This document shows positions 29,543-38,791 of a DNA stretch of 64,000 nucleotides, in pieces (position 1 is the stretch's first letter; the number at the start of each line of letters is the position of its first letter). Under the pieces are notes generated by a model. The model saw nothing but the letters and a program-made list of their open reading frames with translations, did not search any database and was not told where the DNA came from. A program made the position numbers and the translations under genes. The DNA is from a virus: the IMG/VR virus record IMGVR_UViG_3300047494_000229, positions 1 to 64,000 of that record, one strand, 5' to 3'.

Positions 29543-30613
29543 ATGCAATCGCTTGGGTATCTCATGCAAGTATCAACTTTTAAAATTGGCTCCATTGCCT
29601 CTGGTATGGGGATGCATCTGCACGGGTTAAAAAAGATTGGTGGGGTTCCCGTGTGGGCGATTGAATGCGATGAGGCGATCACCCGTTGTTACCAGCAAAA
29701 CCATCCAGAGTCCCGCATTATTTGTAATAAAGTCCAAGATGTGGCGATTGATGATTTAGAAGATATCGATTGCCTCACAGTTACACTCAGCTGTAAAAAT
29801 GCCTCAATTAGTCGAGGTGCTGATTGGGGTGAGACTGAGCAAGATACAGCAGCAGCAACGGCAGCGGCGAATATTCTTCGGGGTAAGCTACCAAAGTTCT
29901 TTTTGCTAGAAAATGTCTGGAGATATCGCACATTTGAATCTTTCCGCATTTTCAAGTCTGCACTGGCTGAATGCGGCTACTATTTCCGTTACTACAAACT
30001 TAATTGCAAAGATTGGGGCGTGGCCCAATCACGCGATCGCCTCTATGGAGTTGGCGTAAGACACGGAGCATTTTGGGACATCACTGAGCCTTCACTTCCT
30101 ATCTTGGGATGGTATGAGGCGATCGCTGATATGATTCCAGAATTGCCTCTTGTCAAGCTTGCACCTTGGCAGATAAAGAAGTTTCCATGTCTGGACTCTA
30201 CTTGTTTAATCCCCGACCATTCCAACTGGACAAGCCTTGTTTCTGTTGCTCAACCTGCACTAACGGTAAGAGCGGGGCATCAATCATTCAAAGCATTGAT
30301 TAAACACGCTGGGGGCGGTCGGGACAATGATCGCCTCTACCACTCTGACGAACCATCATTTACGATTCGGGCGCTAGGAAGAAGCGCAGATCACCATTCA
30401 AAATTGGCGGATGCGATTATAGGGGATAGAGTCGTTGCAGTCACTCCCCGCGCTTGTCTACGCTTCTTTGGGGACAAGGAAACAGCAGATAGTATTTGGT
30501 TGCCTCCTACCAAGTCACTGGCTATGGAGGTAGTGGGGAATGGGGCATCATGGGTGATGTTTGAGGCATTGGGGCGATCGCTATTTTCGACCCCAAACTG
30601 TCGGGGTACGTAG
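29543..30613 (+). CDS. C5 cytosine DNA methyltransferase
   Basis: SIASGMG (I), TLSCK (IV variant), LLENV (VI), QSRDRLY (VIII), VGNG (X). Confidence 0.85.
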   Translation: MQSLGYLMQVSTFKIGSIASGMGMHLHGLKKIGGVPVWAIECDEAITRCYQQNHPESRIICNKVQDVAIDDLEDIDCLTVTLSCKNASISRGADWGETEQDTAAATAAANILRGKLPKFFLLENVWRYRTFESFRIFKSALAECGYYFRYYKLNCKDWGVAQSRDRLYGVGVRHGAFWDITEPSLPILGWYEAIADMIPELPLVKLAPWQIKKFPCLDSTCLIPDHSNWTSLVSVAQPALTVRAGHQSFKALIKHAGGGRDNDRLYHSDEPSFTIRALGRSADHHSKLADAIIGDRVVAVTPRACLRFFGDKETADSIWLPPTKSLAMEVVGNGASWVMFEALGRSLFSTPNCRGT

Positions 30614-30760
30614 TTTCCATTACTCACGATCCAGAATACGAACTGGGCTTAGTTTTGAACGATTGAAGAATTACACTGAATCGATCACTCTTCTAGATAA
30701 TTGGTGGCTAATTTATTCAATTGAGGAAAAATTTACGCCGAATTTGTAAGTGTGACAGTT

Positions 30761-30993
30761 ATTGTGCCACTTTCTCTACTAGATATCTTGCAAATAATCT
30801 CAGTTAGATATATAGTAGATATATACCGAAGAGGAGAGCAAACAAATGAACATCACAATCACAGCACAAAAGCCAGTAAGCGAATTTTTAAAAGTAGCAC
30901 AAGAGCTAGTTACTGAAGTTCAAGAATGGGCAAAAGTTTTGTGGGTGCGGGTTCTTGGTTGTCGTCCTCAATTTGTAAGTAAAAAGGTAATTA
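30761..30993 (+). repeat. 233-bp direct repeat, copy 1 (promoter + RBS + about 50-codon leader)
   Basis: Near-identical to 31655-31887; contains TTGCAA-N17-TATAGT and a GAGGAG RBS. Confidence 0.9.
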
Positions 30994-31301
30994 AAAATCA
31001 AATGACACCCTTTCCCTTTGAACAACTCAAACAAGAAGTCGTCTCACGCTTCAATGAAGCTGCCTGGCAGCATTTATTGGAATGGTCAACTGAACTGACA
31101 GAGAAAAATGATAATTGGTTCCTTTCTAAAATTGCGCCATCTGGTCGCCTAGAATTCCGAGCTTTTTACGAGCGTCTGCAAGCGCTTGAAGTGGCAGTGG
31201 CGACAAACGATCATACCAAAGAAAAAGCCTTTCGGCTTTCTGTTATCACCCCTGAAGAAATGGTGGCACGCAAGGCACGCGCTGCTATGTTTTTACCCTA
31301 G
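30846..31301 (+). CDS. early protein: shared N-terminal leader plus unique C-terminus
   Basis: First ~49 aa paralogous to 31740..32159. Confidence 0.65.
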   Translation: MNITITAQKPVSEFLKVAQELVTEVQEWAKVLWVRVLGCRPQFVSKKVIKNQMTPFPFEQLKQEVVSRFNEAAWQHLLEWSTELTEKNDNWFLSKIAPSGRLEFRAFYERLQALEVAVATNDHTKEKAFRLSVITPEEMVARKARAAMFLP

Positions 31302-31449
31302 TGAATACTGAAAAATCCTGGCAGGAGATAGAATCCTGCCCCGAACAAATACCTGATTTGTTTCAGTCCCAAAAAGAGCAAGATGCTTGGTTTGATTCTG
31401 AGGTTGAGCCAAGCCTAAAAATAGAAGAAATTAAGGAGGAAGAAAAAGA

Positions 31450-31653
31450 ATGAAAACTTACGGATTTTGTTACGTTCCTAATCGCGGCTATTGGGTTGGA
31501 GGATTTGGTGAAAATGCTGAATTTGCTCCACGCATTGAGGGTGCAGGGATGTTTGCATTAGATTCTCCATCACTAAAAAAAGCCATCAATGATTTTGGTG
31601 GCAAGCTTGAAAAACTTTCATTTAACCAGCCAATGCAAGCGCAATGTAATTAA
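31450..31653 (+). CDS. small hypothetical protein
   Basis: AGGAGG RBS, 67 aa. Confidence 0.55.
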   Translation: MKTYGFCYVPNRGYWVGGFGENAEFAPRIEGAGMFALDSPSLKKAINDFGGKLEKLSFNQPMQAQCN

Positions 31654-31654
31654 A

Positions 31655-31887
31655 ATTGTGCCACTTTCTCTACTAGATATCTTGCAAATAATCTCAGTTA
31701 GATATATAGTAGATATATACCGAAGAGGAGGGCAAACAAATGAACATCACAATCACAGCACAAAAACCAGTAAGCGAATTTCTGCAAGTAGCACAAGAAC
31801 TAATCACTGAAATTCAAGAGTGGGTGAATGTGTTGTGGGTGCGTATCGTTGGTTGCCGTCCTCGGTTTGTAAGTAAAAAGGTAATTA
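31655..31887 (+). repeat. 233-bp direct repeat, copy 2
   Basis: Paralogue of 30761-30993. Confidence 0.9.
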
Positions 31888-32159
31888 TGTCAAATCTAAT
31901 TCAAGTTGCAGTATCAAAAGAGGCTGTAATTTTAGATAGAAATCAATCCATAGCTTATGTAATTAGGCAGAATTTCGCTAAAAAATTCAATCCTATTAAT
32001 AGGGATTTAAGAATGATTGATTATTCTTCGGTTGATGGTGAAAAAATTGAGCAAGGCAGTGAAGAATACAAATCGGTATTTGCAGCCTACGGCTGGCATT
32101 TACCGTATTTAGAGGTGCATGGGGAGCCATACACTTGCAAGTATCCTGTAGGTTACTAA
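31740..32159 (+). CDS. early protein: shared N-terminal leader plus unique C-terminus
   Basis: First ~49 aa paralogous to 30846..31301. Confidence 0.65.
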   Translation: MNITITAQKPVSEFLQVAQELITEIQEWVNVLWVRIVGCRPRFVSKKVIMSNLIQVAVSKEAVILDRNQSIAYVIRQNFAKKFNPINRDLRMIDYSSVDGEKIEQGSEEYKSVFAAYGWHLPYLEVHGEPYTCKYPVGY

Positions 32160-32168
32160 TCAAAAAAA

Positions 32169-32450
32169 ATGAAAATGACCATAGCGCAAATTAAAAATAC
32201 AATCAATGACACAACAGATAAACGACTGTTAAATAATCTAGAATTTGCCAAAACTCTAATGAATTTGGCATTGCCAGAATCACTAAAAAACGAGCAACAG
32301 CAACGCTCAATTTTAGCTGATACCATCTACTGCATGATCCAATGCAAATTGGATGAGATTTCAAATTGCAACAAACTTTACACATTAGGGGAATTGTATT
32401 TTTCTTTAAAAATCCCCAAACAATTCTTAGAGACAAATGCCAAAAGGTGA
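32169..32450 (+). CDS. hypothetical protein
   Basis: 93 aa operon member. Confidence 0.5.
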   Translation: MKMTIAQIKNTINDTTDKRLLNNLEFAKTLMNLALPESLKNEQQQRSILADTIYCMIQCKLDEISNCNKLYTLGELYFSLKIPKQFLETNAKR

Positions 32451-32820
32451 AAATCCCAACTCCCAGCGCAACTTAGTTGCTGGGAAGAACAAAAAACCCA
32501 ACTCAAAAAAAACGCCCATGCAACTTTCTGGAGTCGCTAGGGAGACAGCTAAAAGAGCTGGAAATGGCAATATGACAGAAGGTGTAGAGCGATCGCTTGC
32601 ACTATATGAGCAAATGAATCAAGATAGACTGTTTGTGCAGTCTCCAGTGTTTGTCAGAGTTAAGTTTTTGATAGAAGTGATCGCTCATTCTAAATCTGAA
32701 TTTTCAGAGCAGGCGGAAGCATTGCTTTATGAATTAGAAGATTTATTTATTGAAGAATCCCATCATGATGCGGTGTTAGATGGGGCGATTGAATTGAAGG
32801 GTGGTGCATATATAGTCTAA
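32437..32820 (+). CDS. putative small DNA-binding regulator
   Basis: Basic NPNSQRNL...KKTPMQL and GNGNMTEGVE segments; last gene of the cluster. Confidence 0.5.
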   Translation: MPKGENPNSQRNLVAGKNKKPNSKKTPMQLSGVARETAKRAGNGNMTEGVERSLALYEQMNQDRLFVQSPVFVRVKFLIEVIAHSKSEFSEQAEALLYELEDLFIEESHHDAVLDGAIELKGGAYIV

Positions 32821-32826
32821 TAATTG

Positions 32827-32860
32827 TTGCAGAGTACTAGCAATACTCTGCAATGTTTTT
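32827..32860 (+). terminator. hairpin plus T tract upstream of the cas operon
   Basis: TTGCAGAGTA-N7-TACTCTGCAA-TGTTTTT. Confidence 0.5.
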
Positions 32861-32894
32861 AGTTGAAAGGTAAGAGGAGTAGAGGAGTAAACTT

Positions 32895-33413
32895 GTGCTT
32901 TATAACCATTACGGCATACCCCAAACACGCGATCGCTCCTATGGCGCAGTCGCAGCCCTCACCTATTGGGTTTTTAAGTGCAGGGATAGAAGAAAGTCCC
33001 CAGCGATGGGGATAAAAACCTGGACTTTCTTGGAATCCAGTATCAGAAATTCGGCAGAGATATCTTCTACTTTGGAAGATTATTTACAGCGACTTTGTGA
33101 CAAACTTTTCTCCCAACTCCGTCCAGTGGAGTTGACTAAAATAATTCAGCCACAGCAGCGCATCTTGAGAGTAAATCTTGATGCAACTGAAATCAAAGAA
33201 TTGCCAATTGACCAAAACTTAGTTTTTATGGGCTGGCTAGATTTGGTTGCTGATATTGCGCCTCACGGTTTTAGTGAGTGGGACTTACTTGAGTTATGTC
33301 GCACCAAAGCGGGGATAATTCAAGTGCTTTGTCGCCTCAAATTTGAAGAGGATCGGGCATTAAGGATGGATGAGCCGGAAGATGCTATTGAGGTAGGAGC
33401 AATTGAATTATGA
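32895..33413 (+). CDS. cas11: type IV-B small subunit (Cas11-like)
   Basis: Helical 172 aa ORF (W.F....IRNSA..SSTLEDYLQRLCDKL) directly upstream of csf2. Confidence 0.6.
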   Translation: MLYNHYGIPQTRDRSYGAVAALTYWVFKCRDRRKSPAMGIKTWTFLESSIRNSAEISSTLEDYLQRLCDKLFSQLRPVELTKIIQPQQRILRVNLDATEIKELPIDQNLVFMGWLDLVADIAPHGFSEWDLLELCRTKAGIIQVLCRLKFEEDRALRMDEPEDAIEVGAIEL

Positions 33414-33571
33414 AGGAAATCAAAGAAGTCGCTAGCGCCCTAATTAATTTGCAAGATCACGGTGGTGATTGTATGTGCAATATCTGCCAAAAAGACCAAC
33501 AAACGATTGAGAAAAATCCTGAGATAGCGGAACAACTTACTGTATTGGTGAACAAAAAAATAAATGTTTGA
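33410..33571 (+). CDS. 53 aa HxxxCxCxxC microprotein, copy 1
   Basis: MKEIKEVASALINLQDHGGDCMCNICQKDQQTIEKNPEIAEQLTVLVNKKINV; ATGA overlap with cas11, overlaps the csf2 start; paralogue at 42276-42443. Confidence 0.85.
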   Translation: MKEIKEVASALINLQDHGGDCMCNICQKDQQTIEKNPEIAEQLTVLVNKKINV

Positions 33572-34703
33572 AAATTACGACATCTGTGATCGTTGCCGCC
33601 TAACTCTCCACTGCGTTTTCACCCCCCAACTTCCTTTGTCTCACATTGGGGAAGTGTCAGGAAATGTCAGCAACTTAAAAACAGTGAAGCTGCTTGATTT
33701 GGAGGGACAATCAAGACAGTGCTTTGTGTATTCAGGGAACGCCATTCGCAACGGTATTTTGCGGCGGGTTGGTGTAGCAGCTGCCCTTACAGATTTGGAA
33801 TTACAAGTCAACCCCGACGTGCATCAAACCATGTTCGCCGGTGGACGAATTGACGGTAGCACCGCATCAGACATGGAGTTAGACAAGAAAATCCGTACCT
33901 TTTTGCCGTGGCTTTCAGTGCTGGGAACCGCCAAACCCACAAAAGTATTTGGTTCCAAGGATCCTCAAATGGTTGCAGGGCGGATTAATGTCGGCTCTGC
34001 TCATTTAATCTGTTACGAATCAGCTGCTTACATTTACAATCAAATGCCAGGGATGCTGCCTCCAGAGGCGTTAGAGGGAATTGGGAAAATATTGGAGGCG
34101 CAGAAGGCGATCACCCTTGACCCAATGAGTTTACCAACAGCAGAGGCGATCGCCGCTTACAACGAGGTGAAGGCACAGTATCTACCATTGCTCCGTAAAG
34201 TGCTGCGGACATGGACAGAATTTATCACGGTTGACCAAACTACCCGCCGTGACAGTCTTCTTGACCCCAATTTAATTAAGTTTCTTCCCCCTGAAGCACA
34301 GAATTTATTGAAAGGGGAAGGGGGGAAGGAGAAGAAGTCTGACCAAATGATTGCGGGCGATCGTTTGATTATGGCGGGGTCAAAACTTTACTCGCGTTGG
34401 GATTTAAACACGACATCCGTGGAAGAAGGTTGGGTGTATGATGCATTACTGAAGTTCGATGAATCTCCGTACCTTGGAGGGAAGGGGCAAAGGGGTAACG
34501 GGCTTATATCCCTAGATATTTGGTATCAATCGGGTAAAGATTCTGGGATATTGTGCAGCATTGGTAAGCGTGCAGAGTCGGGGTTGTTGAGCGATAGATT
34601 CCAAGAACAGCACGGACGTTACAGAGAGTATATCAATCAATACCGCGAGTTCTTGACGGAAGCAAAAGACTCCAGCGAGTTAAAAAGTTTGTTAGGAAAT
34701 TAA
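33564..34703 (+). CDS. csf2: type IV CRISPR Cas7-family backbone protein Csf2
   Basis: PLSHIG, SGNAIRNGILRR, MFAGG, P.LSVLG, TRRD, YLGGKGQRGNG glycine loop. Confidence 0.9.
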   Translation: MFENYDICDRCRLTLHCVFTPQLPLSHIGEVSGNVSNLKTVKLLDLEGQSRQCFVYSGNAIRNGILRRVGVAAALTDLELQVNPDVHQTMFAGGRIDGSTASDMELDKKIRTFLPWLSVLGTAKPTKVFGSKDPQMVAGRINVGSAHLICYESAAYIYNQMPGMLPPEALEGIGKILEAQKAITLDPMSLPTAEAIAAYNEVKAQYLPLLRKVLRTWTEFITVDQTTRRDSLLDPNLIKFLPPEAQNLLKGEGGKEKKSDQMIAGDRLIMAGSKLYSRWDLNTTSVEEGWVYDALLKFDESPYLGGKGQRGNGLISLDIWYQSGKDSGILCSIGKRAESGLLSDRFQEQHGRYREYINQYREFLTEAKDSSELKSLLGN

Positions 34704-34791
34704 TTTGAATTGGTACTTGCCAATTCAAAAACACTTTGCTGCTATTGGTACATACCAAAATAAAAGGGCGGTAGAGCCCAAAGGATAAAAA

Positions 34792-34905
34792 ATGAAGCTA
34801 ATCAAAGAAACAGTGAATGGACAAGAGTGGACTAACGGTCACAGGGATTCATGGGTGCAGCTTGCCATCCTGGAGAAAGGCAAGAAGGCGGTTCTCACTG
34901 CATGA
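34792..34905 (+). CDS. 37 aa micro-ORF coupled to csf3
   Basis: MKLIKETVNGQEWTNGHRDSWVQLAILEKGKKAVLTA; AAGGA RBS; ATGA overlap with csf3. Confidence 0.55.
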   Translation: MKLIKETVNGQEWTNGHRDSWVQLAILEKGKKAVLTA

Positions 34906-35624
34906 AACCATTGAAAATAACTGCCGTAATGGGAAGTGCGATCGCCTGCTACGACTCCTATTCTCCAAGTTTAGATTCGCTCCTTGAGTGGCTAATACTG
35001 GATAAATTAAACCTCACTTCTCCCAATCCCACACCGGAACAAGTAGAAGCGACGCGCCCCATAGTTGACCGAGAGATGCCATTAGCCAAAGGCGAAGTTA
35101 TGGGTGAATGGTATTGGCAGGTTTCTTCACCCTGCTACCGCATTGTGAGCGAATATACAGATAGATACCGCAAGCGCTGGCAGCCAGGAATTGACAGTCC
35201 TCCTCCAGCGTGGGGAAAACGTAAGGCTAAATGGTCAACTTCTGAAGGGGCAGAGAAGAATTACGATCTGCCTTTATATTGTCGTAATACTCCGGCAATT
35301 AATTGGTATGCGGTGGGGGATAGGGAGGCGATCGCCCAACTCCTACAAAACTGTACCCATATTGGCAAGAAGCGATCTTATGGCAATGGACAGGTTTTGC
35401 GATGGCAAGTTGAACCAATAAAAGAAGACTGGCATCTGTGGCGTGATGATAAACTTATGCGTCCTATGCCATACAGGTTGTTATATTCAGATCCGCGAAT
35501 TTTGCAAAATGAACCTGTAATGATGAATTGGGGATGGCGTCCGCCTGCGTGGTTGCCTAGCAATAAAGAAGTGTGTGTAATGCCAAAGGGGAGTGTATGC
35601 CACTTAACTACGGCACAGGTTTGA
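34902..35624 (+). CDS. csf3: type IV CRISPR Cas5-family protein Csf3
   Basis: LKITA.M, LDSLL, WYAVGD...I..LL...HIGKKRSYGNG.V..W.VE, RPMP, GWRPPAW. Confidence 0.9.
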   Translation: MKPLKITAVMGSAIACYDSYSPSLDSLLEWLILDKLNLTSPNPTPEQVEATRPIVDREMPLAKGEVMGEWYWQVSSPCYRIVSEYTDRYRKRWQPGIDSPPPAWGKRKAKWSTSEGAEKNYDLPLYCRNTPAINWYAVGDREAIAQLLQNCTHIGKKRSYGNGQVLRWQVEPIKEDWHLWRDDKLMRPMPYRLLYSDPRILQNEPVMMNWGWRPPAWLPSNKEVCVMPKGSVCHLTTAQV

Positions 35625-36346
35625 CCGCGCCTTGGATGAAGAAAAAAGTAGATAGGGCGATCGCTTGTATTGAAGACTGGGTAAGTAAGTGTGATCGCCT
35701 CTGCTATACCTCAACTAGTGGTGGCAAGGATTCCTTGGTAACTGCTCACCTCATCCGCCACGTTTACCCTAGCTGCCCAATGGTGTGGATCAATCAAGGG
35801 CATTTAGCAGAGTGGCCTGACTGCATTGAACTATTGCAGTTTTTAAAAACTCAGGGATGGAACATCGTTGAACTATGTCCAGTGCGCGATTTGTGGCATT
35901 TGTACCTCGACTTGGGCATTCCATTGGAAGGGAAAATGGACACCAAAGCAGATAAAATAATAAACCAACGGTTAATGTACGACCCGTTGGAAGAGTACCA
36001 AGAGCTTAACAATATCAAGGGTTACGCTTGGGGTATTCGTAAAGATGAAAGTCGCAACCGCGCTTTTTACTTGCGGAAGTGGGGAGAATTACACCAACTG
36101 AAAAACGGACTGTGGTGTTGTTCGCCTGTGGCATTTTGGACGGTACAAGATATCTGGCTATATATTGACCAGCAGAAATTGCCTTATCCTGCCATGTATG
36201 ACCGCGATCGCCTCACCATCCGCAACGGGCCACCCATTGGTACAACCGGGGTAAACTGGGGGCGGTTGGCGGAACTCAGAAAACACCACCCTGATTTGTG
36301 GCAGCAGTTTGTAGAGAAATTTCCAGAGGTGCGAGATTATGGCTGA
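35597..36346 (+). CDS. cysH: CysH-like PAPS-reductase-family (PP-loop) protein
   Basis: SGGKDS PP-loop, WGIRKDESRNR, P.AFWT..DIW.YI....LPY..MYD. Confidence 0.9.
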   Translation: MPLNYGTGLTAPWMKKKVDRAIACIEDWVSKCDRLCYTSTSGGKDSLVTAHLIRHVYPSCPMVWINQGHLAEWPDCIELLQFLKTQGWNIVELCPVRDLWHLYLDLGIPLEGKMDTKADKIINQRLMYDPLEEYQELNNIKGYAWGIRKDESRNRAFYLRKWGELHQLKNGLWCCSPVAFWTVQDIWLYIDQQKLPYPAMYDRDRLTIRNGPPIGTTGVNWGRLAELRKHHPDLWQQFVEKFPEVRDYG

Positions 36347-36995
36347 TTTGTGTTACCTCTGCGGAAAACCTGCAACCAAACCACTAGAACTCAAGGATAG
36401 TTTCACCAGCCATTCTCAATGCCGCATCCCCACATCAAATAAGATGTGCGATCGGTGTCACTCAACAATTGCCGGCGACCAAAAACAACTCTGGTACTGG
36501 AACGAGGGTAAAAATAAGTGGAGCAAATTGTGGGGGCGATCGCTCTCCCGAATTTATCAAGGCGATAAACTACTCGCTCCCGTGATTGAAGGGGAAAAGG
36601 AAGGTTTGCCAATAGTCAAAAACCTGCTTACCCGTGTTGAACTTCGCGGTTTTTTACTTAATCCCCCACAACCGCCATTTACTATAGCGATCGCCGAGTC
36701 AGGGCAGAAGCATATTCTGCCGTGGGCACAAGAGGCGTTAAACCGTGTCATTTTCCCAGTACAATTCGAGCTTGATACTGTGTATATAGTTTACGCCCAA
36801 TTTACTGTGCTACTGGGCTTTTATGAGCAGATGATGACGCTGGGATTTTCAAAAACTGAGATTGACACTGGGGATTATCGGAGCGACAGATTGATGCAAA
36901 ATCTAGAAATTTGGGAGCCACTGGAAGAGGTGATCGCCCCGATGCGTGGAACGAGATTGTTACAGTTAATTTCTTTTGTGGGACAAATTCAGTGA
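36339..36995 (+). CDS. csf1: type IV CRISPR large subunit Csf1 (Cas8-like)
   Basis: CYLCG...SFT...CDRC zinc finger; NPPQPPF.IAIAESGQKH. Confidence 0.85.
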   Translation: MADLCYLCGKPATKPLELKDSFTSHSQCRIPTSNKMCDRCHSTIAGDQKQLWYWNEGKNKWSKLWGRSLSRIYQGDKLLAPVIEGEKEGLPIVKNLLTRVELRGFLLNPPQPPFTIAIAESGQKHILPWAQEALNRVIFPVQFELDTVYIVYAQFTVLLGFYEQMMTLGFSKTEIDTGDYRSDRLMQNLEIWEPLEEVIAPMRGTRLLQLISFVGQIQ

Positions 36996-37801
36996 AACCC
37001 TACAAACTGCCTAAAGGTTATTTGAATTTCCAACAATTCAATAACCACTTGAGTCAAATACAATTAGTTAAACCCAAACCTATTAATGTTTTGGGAATGC
37101 CAGAGGTAGCAAATAATCTATCCCATATCTATAGTAAATGGTCACAGGGATACCCTTTATACTGCGTCAGACCTAATCTACTAGAAGAGATGTTAGAAAC
37201 CGATGTTGGCGAAAATCTAGCACTATTTACTGACATCAATTTAGCAATCCCATCTTATGTTTTGTTTTTACCTCAATATCAGATTAAATCCCCTTGCGGT
37301 AAGGGTTGTATTGATTATCTGGTTATCAATCATGAAGAGTTAGATTTGCCAGAACATAAACACGCGATCGCTTGGGGCGGTGTTGATTCCAATGATGGAT
37401 TGTTCTTAGCGTACAAGCGAATTCGCAGGGATGGAACCTTACAGCGATCGCGCTTTGGGACTGAGGATAAAGAACAACAAGAACAGTCTTTATTACTCAG
37501 AAATATAGCATTGCAATCAGTTCTTCTGCTGCAATACTATCCAGAAATTGAAGAGCAAATTACCATTGTGCCTGGGAAAGAAAAGGGATTTGGTGGGAAT
37601 AAATTAGAATCCCCTTTTCTACTCCCTCGCTGGTTAGGGAAAGAATCAAAATCGTCGCCAAGCTCAAGCACCGGTAAAAGTGGTGCATCTAAAGCTACGC
37701 ATTTTCGGCGGGGGCACTGGAGGGCGCAGCCATGCGGAAAAGGTAGGGCAGAAACAAAAATAACCTGGGTACGCCCTGCATGGGTAGCTGGCAACAATTA
37801 G
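36992..37801 (+). CDS. HxRRGHWR-motif protein coupled to csf1
   Basis: GTGA overlap; C-terminal HFRRGHWRAQPCGKGR...WVRP.WV. Confidence 0.7.
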   Translation: MKPYKLPKGYLNFQQFNNHLSQIQLVKPKPINVLGMPEVANNLSHIYSKWSQGYPLYCVRPNLLEEMLETDVGENLALFTDINLAIPSYVLFLPQYQIKSPCGKGCIDYLVINHEELDLPEHKHAIAWGGVDSNDGLFLAYKRIRRDGTLQRSRFGTEDKEQQEQSLLLRNIALQSVLLLQYYPEIEEQITIVPGKEKGFGGNKLESPFLLPRWLGKESKSSPSSSTGKSGASKATHFRRGHWRAQPCGKGRAETKITWVRPAWVAGNN

Positions 37802-37815
37802 AGCCACTTTGGAAT

Positions 37816-37840
37816 ACCCGACTTCTGCAAGAAGTCGGGT
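37816..37840. terminator. hairpin ending the cas operon
   Basis: ACCCGACTTC-TGCAA-GAAGTCGGGT. Confidence 0.5.
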
Positions 37841-38074
37841 AAAGGGTAAAGGAAAATTCTATCCTTTTCCCCTTTAACCTTTCCCCCTTTCCCTACAAGA
37901 GTACAAAAGGTACTTTTGCACTCTTGTCTACTCATCCTCCCTACTTCCCGTAAAAATTATTGGGTAAGGGGTTGACATTTACCCGTCACTTACCCGATAC
38001 TATTTACATACGAGGGCGATGGCGATCGCCTTCCAAACAATTGAAAAACCAAAAGTGAAATATAGGAGAAAAAC

Positions 38075-38791
38075 ATGATTGAGTCAATTTTGAAACTTGC
38101 TAACTTCGGATTTGTAAAACCATTTACAGCATTAATAGAGCAAAGATGCCAAGGCAGTATGCTTGATGTGATTGATGGAGTTCTAGAATTTGATTTGTCC
38201 TTGATAGACAGACAAGAAATAGATAGCTCCTACAAGATTGAAAACACAGTAAAATTAGTCGCACACCAAACCAAGTGGTTAAAATCAAAATATTTATCTT
38301 GGTATCCAATGATGGATGCTCGGCATCCTGGTAAAGGATTTGATGAAAAGCCACCAATAGAATTGGTGGAAAAAATTAATCAAATTGACGCGCTTCTTGA
38401 CATAGCAAGAGCCAAGAAACTTGAACTGCTTCTCCCAACACTCGATAACAATACGCCTGATCCATCCAGAGAAGAAAGAGTGTATATCTGTAAAGTTGTG
38501 GTTAATGATGGGCGCACTGGAGAGGCAATTTATACACCATTGAGATACTCGCTAGAACCTTCTTGCATAGATATCAGATATCTAGAAGAAGTAATTTACA
38601 AAGTGCCCTACTATTGGCATGGCAAGTCTGGTTTTTCTGAAATCTACTATTCAGATAAAGAAGTAGTAGAAGTGGTGGCGATAGATCCATCATTTGAAGG
38701 ATTAGACCCGCTAGTCTATGGCGGCTGGCAACTGGACAAGGTATTTACTAAAAAAGCCTCCCTCAACAGAGAGGGGTATAAAGAATACTAA
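38075..38791 (+). CDS. hypothetical protein
   Basis: AGGAG RBS, 238 aa. Confidence 0.6.
   Translation: MIESILKLANFGFVKPFTALIEQRCQGSMLDVIDGVLEFDLSLIDRQEIDSSYKIENTVKLVAHQTKWLKSKYLSWYPMMDARHPGKGFDEKPPIELVEKINQIDALLDIARAKKLELLLPTLDNNTPDPSREERVYICKVVVNDGRTGEAIYTPLRYSLEPSCIDIRYLEEVIYKVPYYWHGKSGFSEIYYSDKEVVEVVAIDPSFEGLDPLVYGGWQLDKVFTKKASLNREGYKEY

Noticed and set aside
34851-34901. Upstream extension of csf3 given by the ORF track
   Set aside because: The region is occupied by the 37 aa ORF; ATG 34902 with an ATGA overlap is the more plausible start
37900-37914. Cyanobacterial LexA box AGTAC-AAAAG-GTACT
   Set aside because: Spacer is 5 nt instead of 4, and it sits within a larger hairpin
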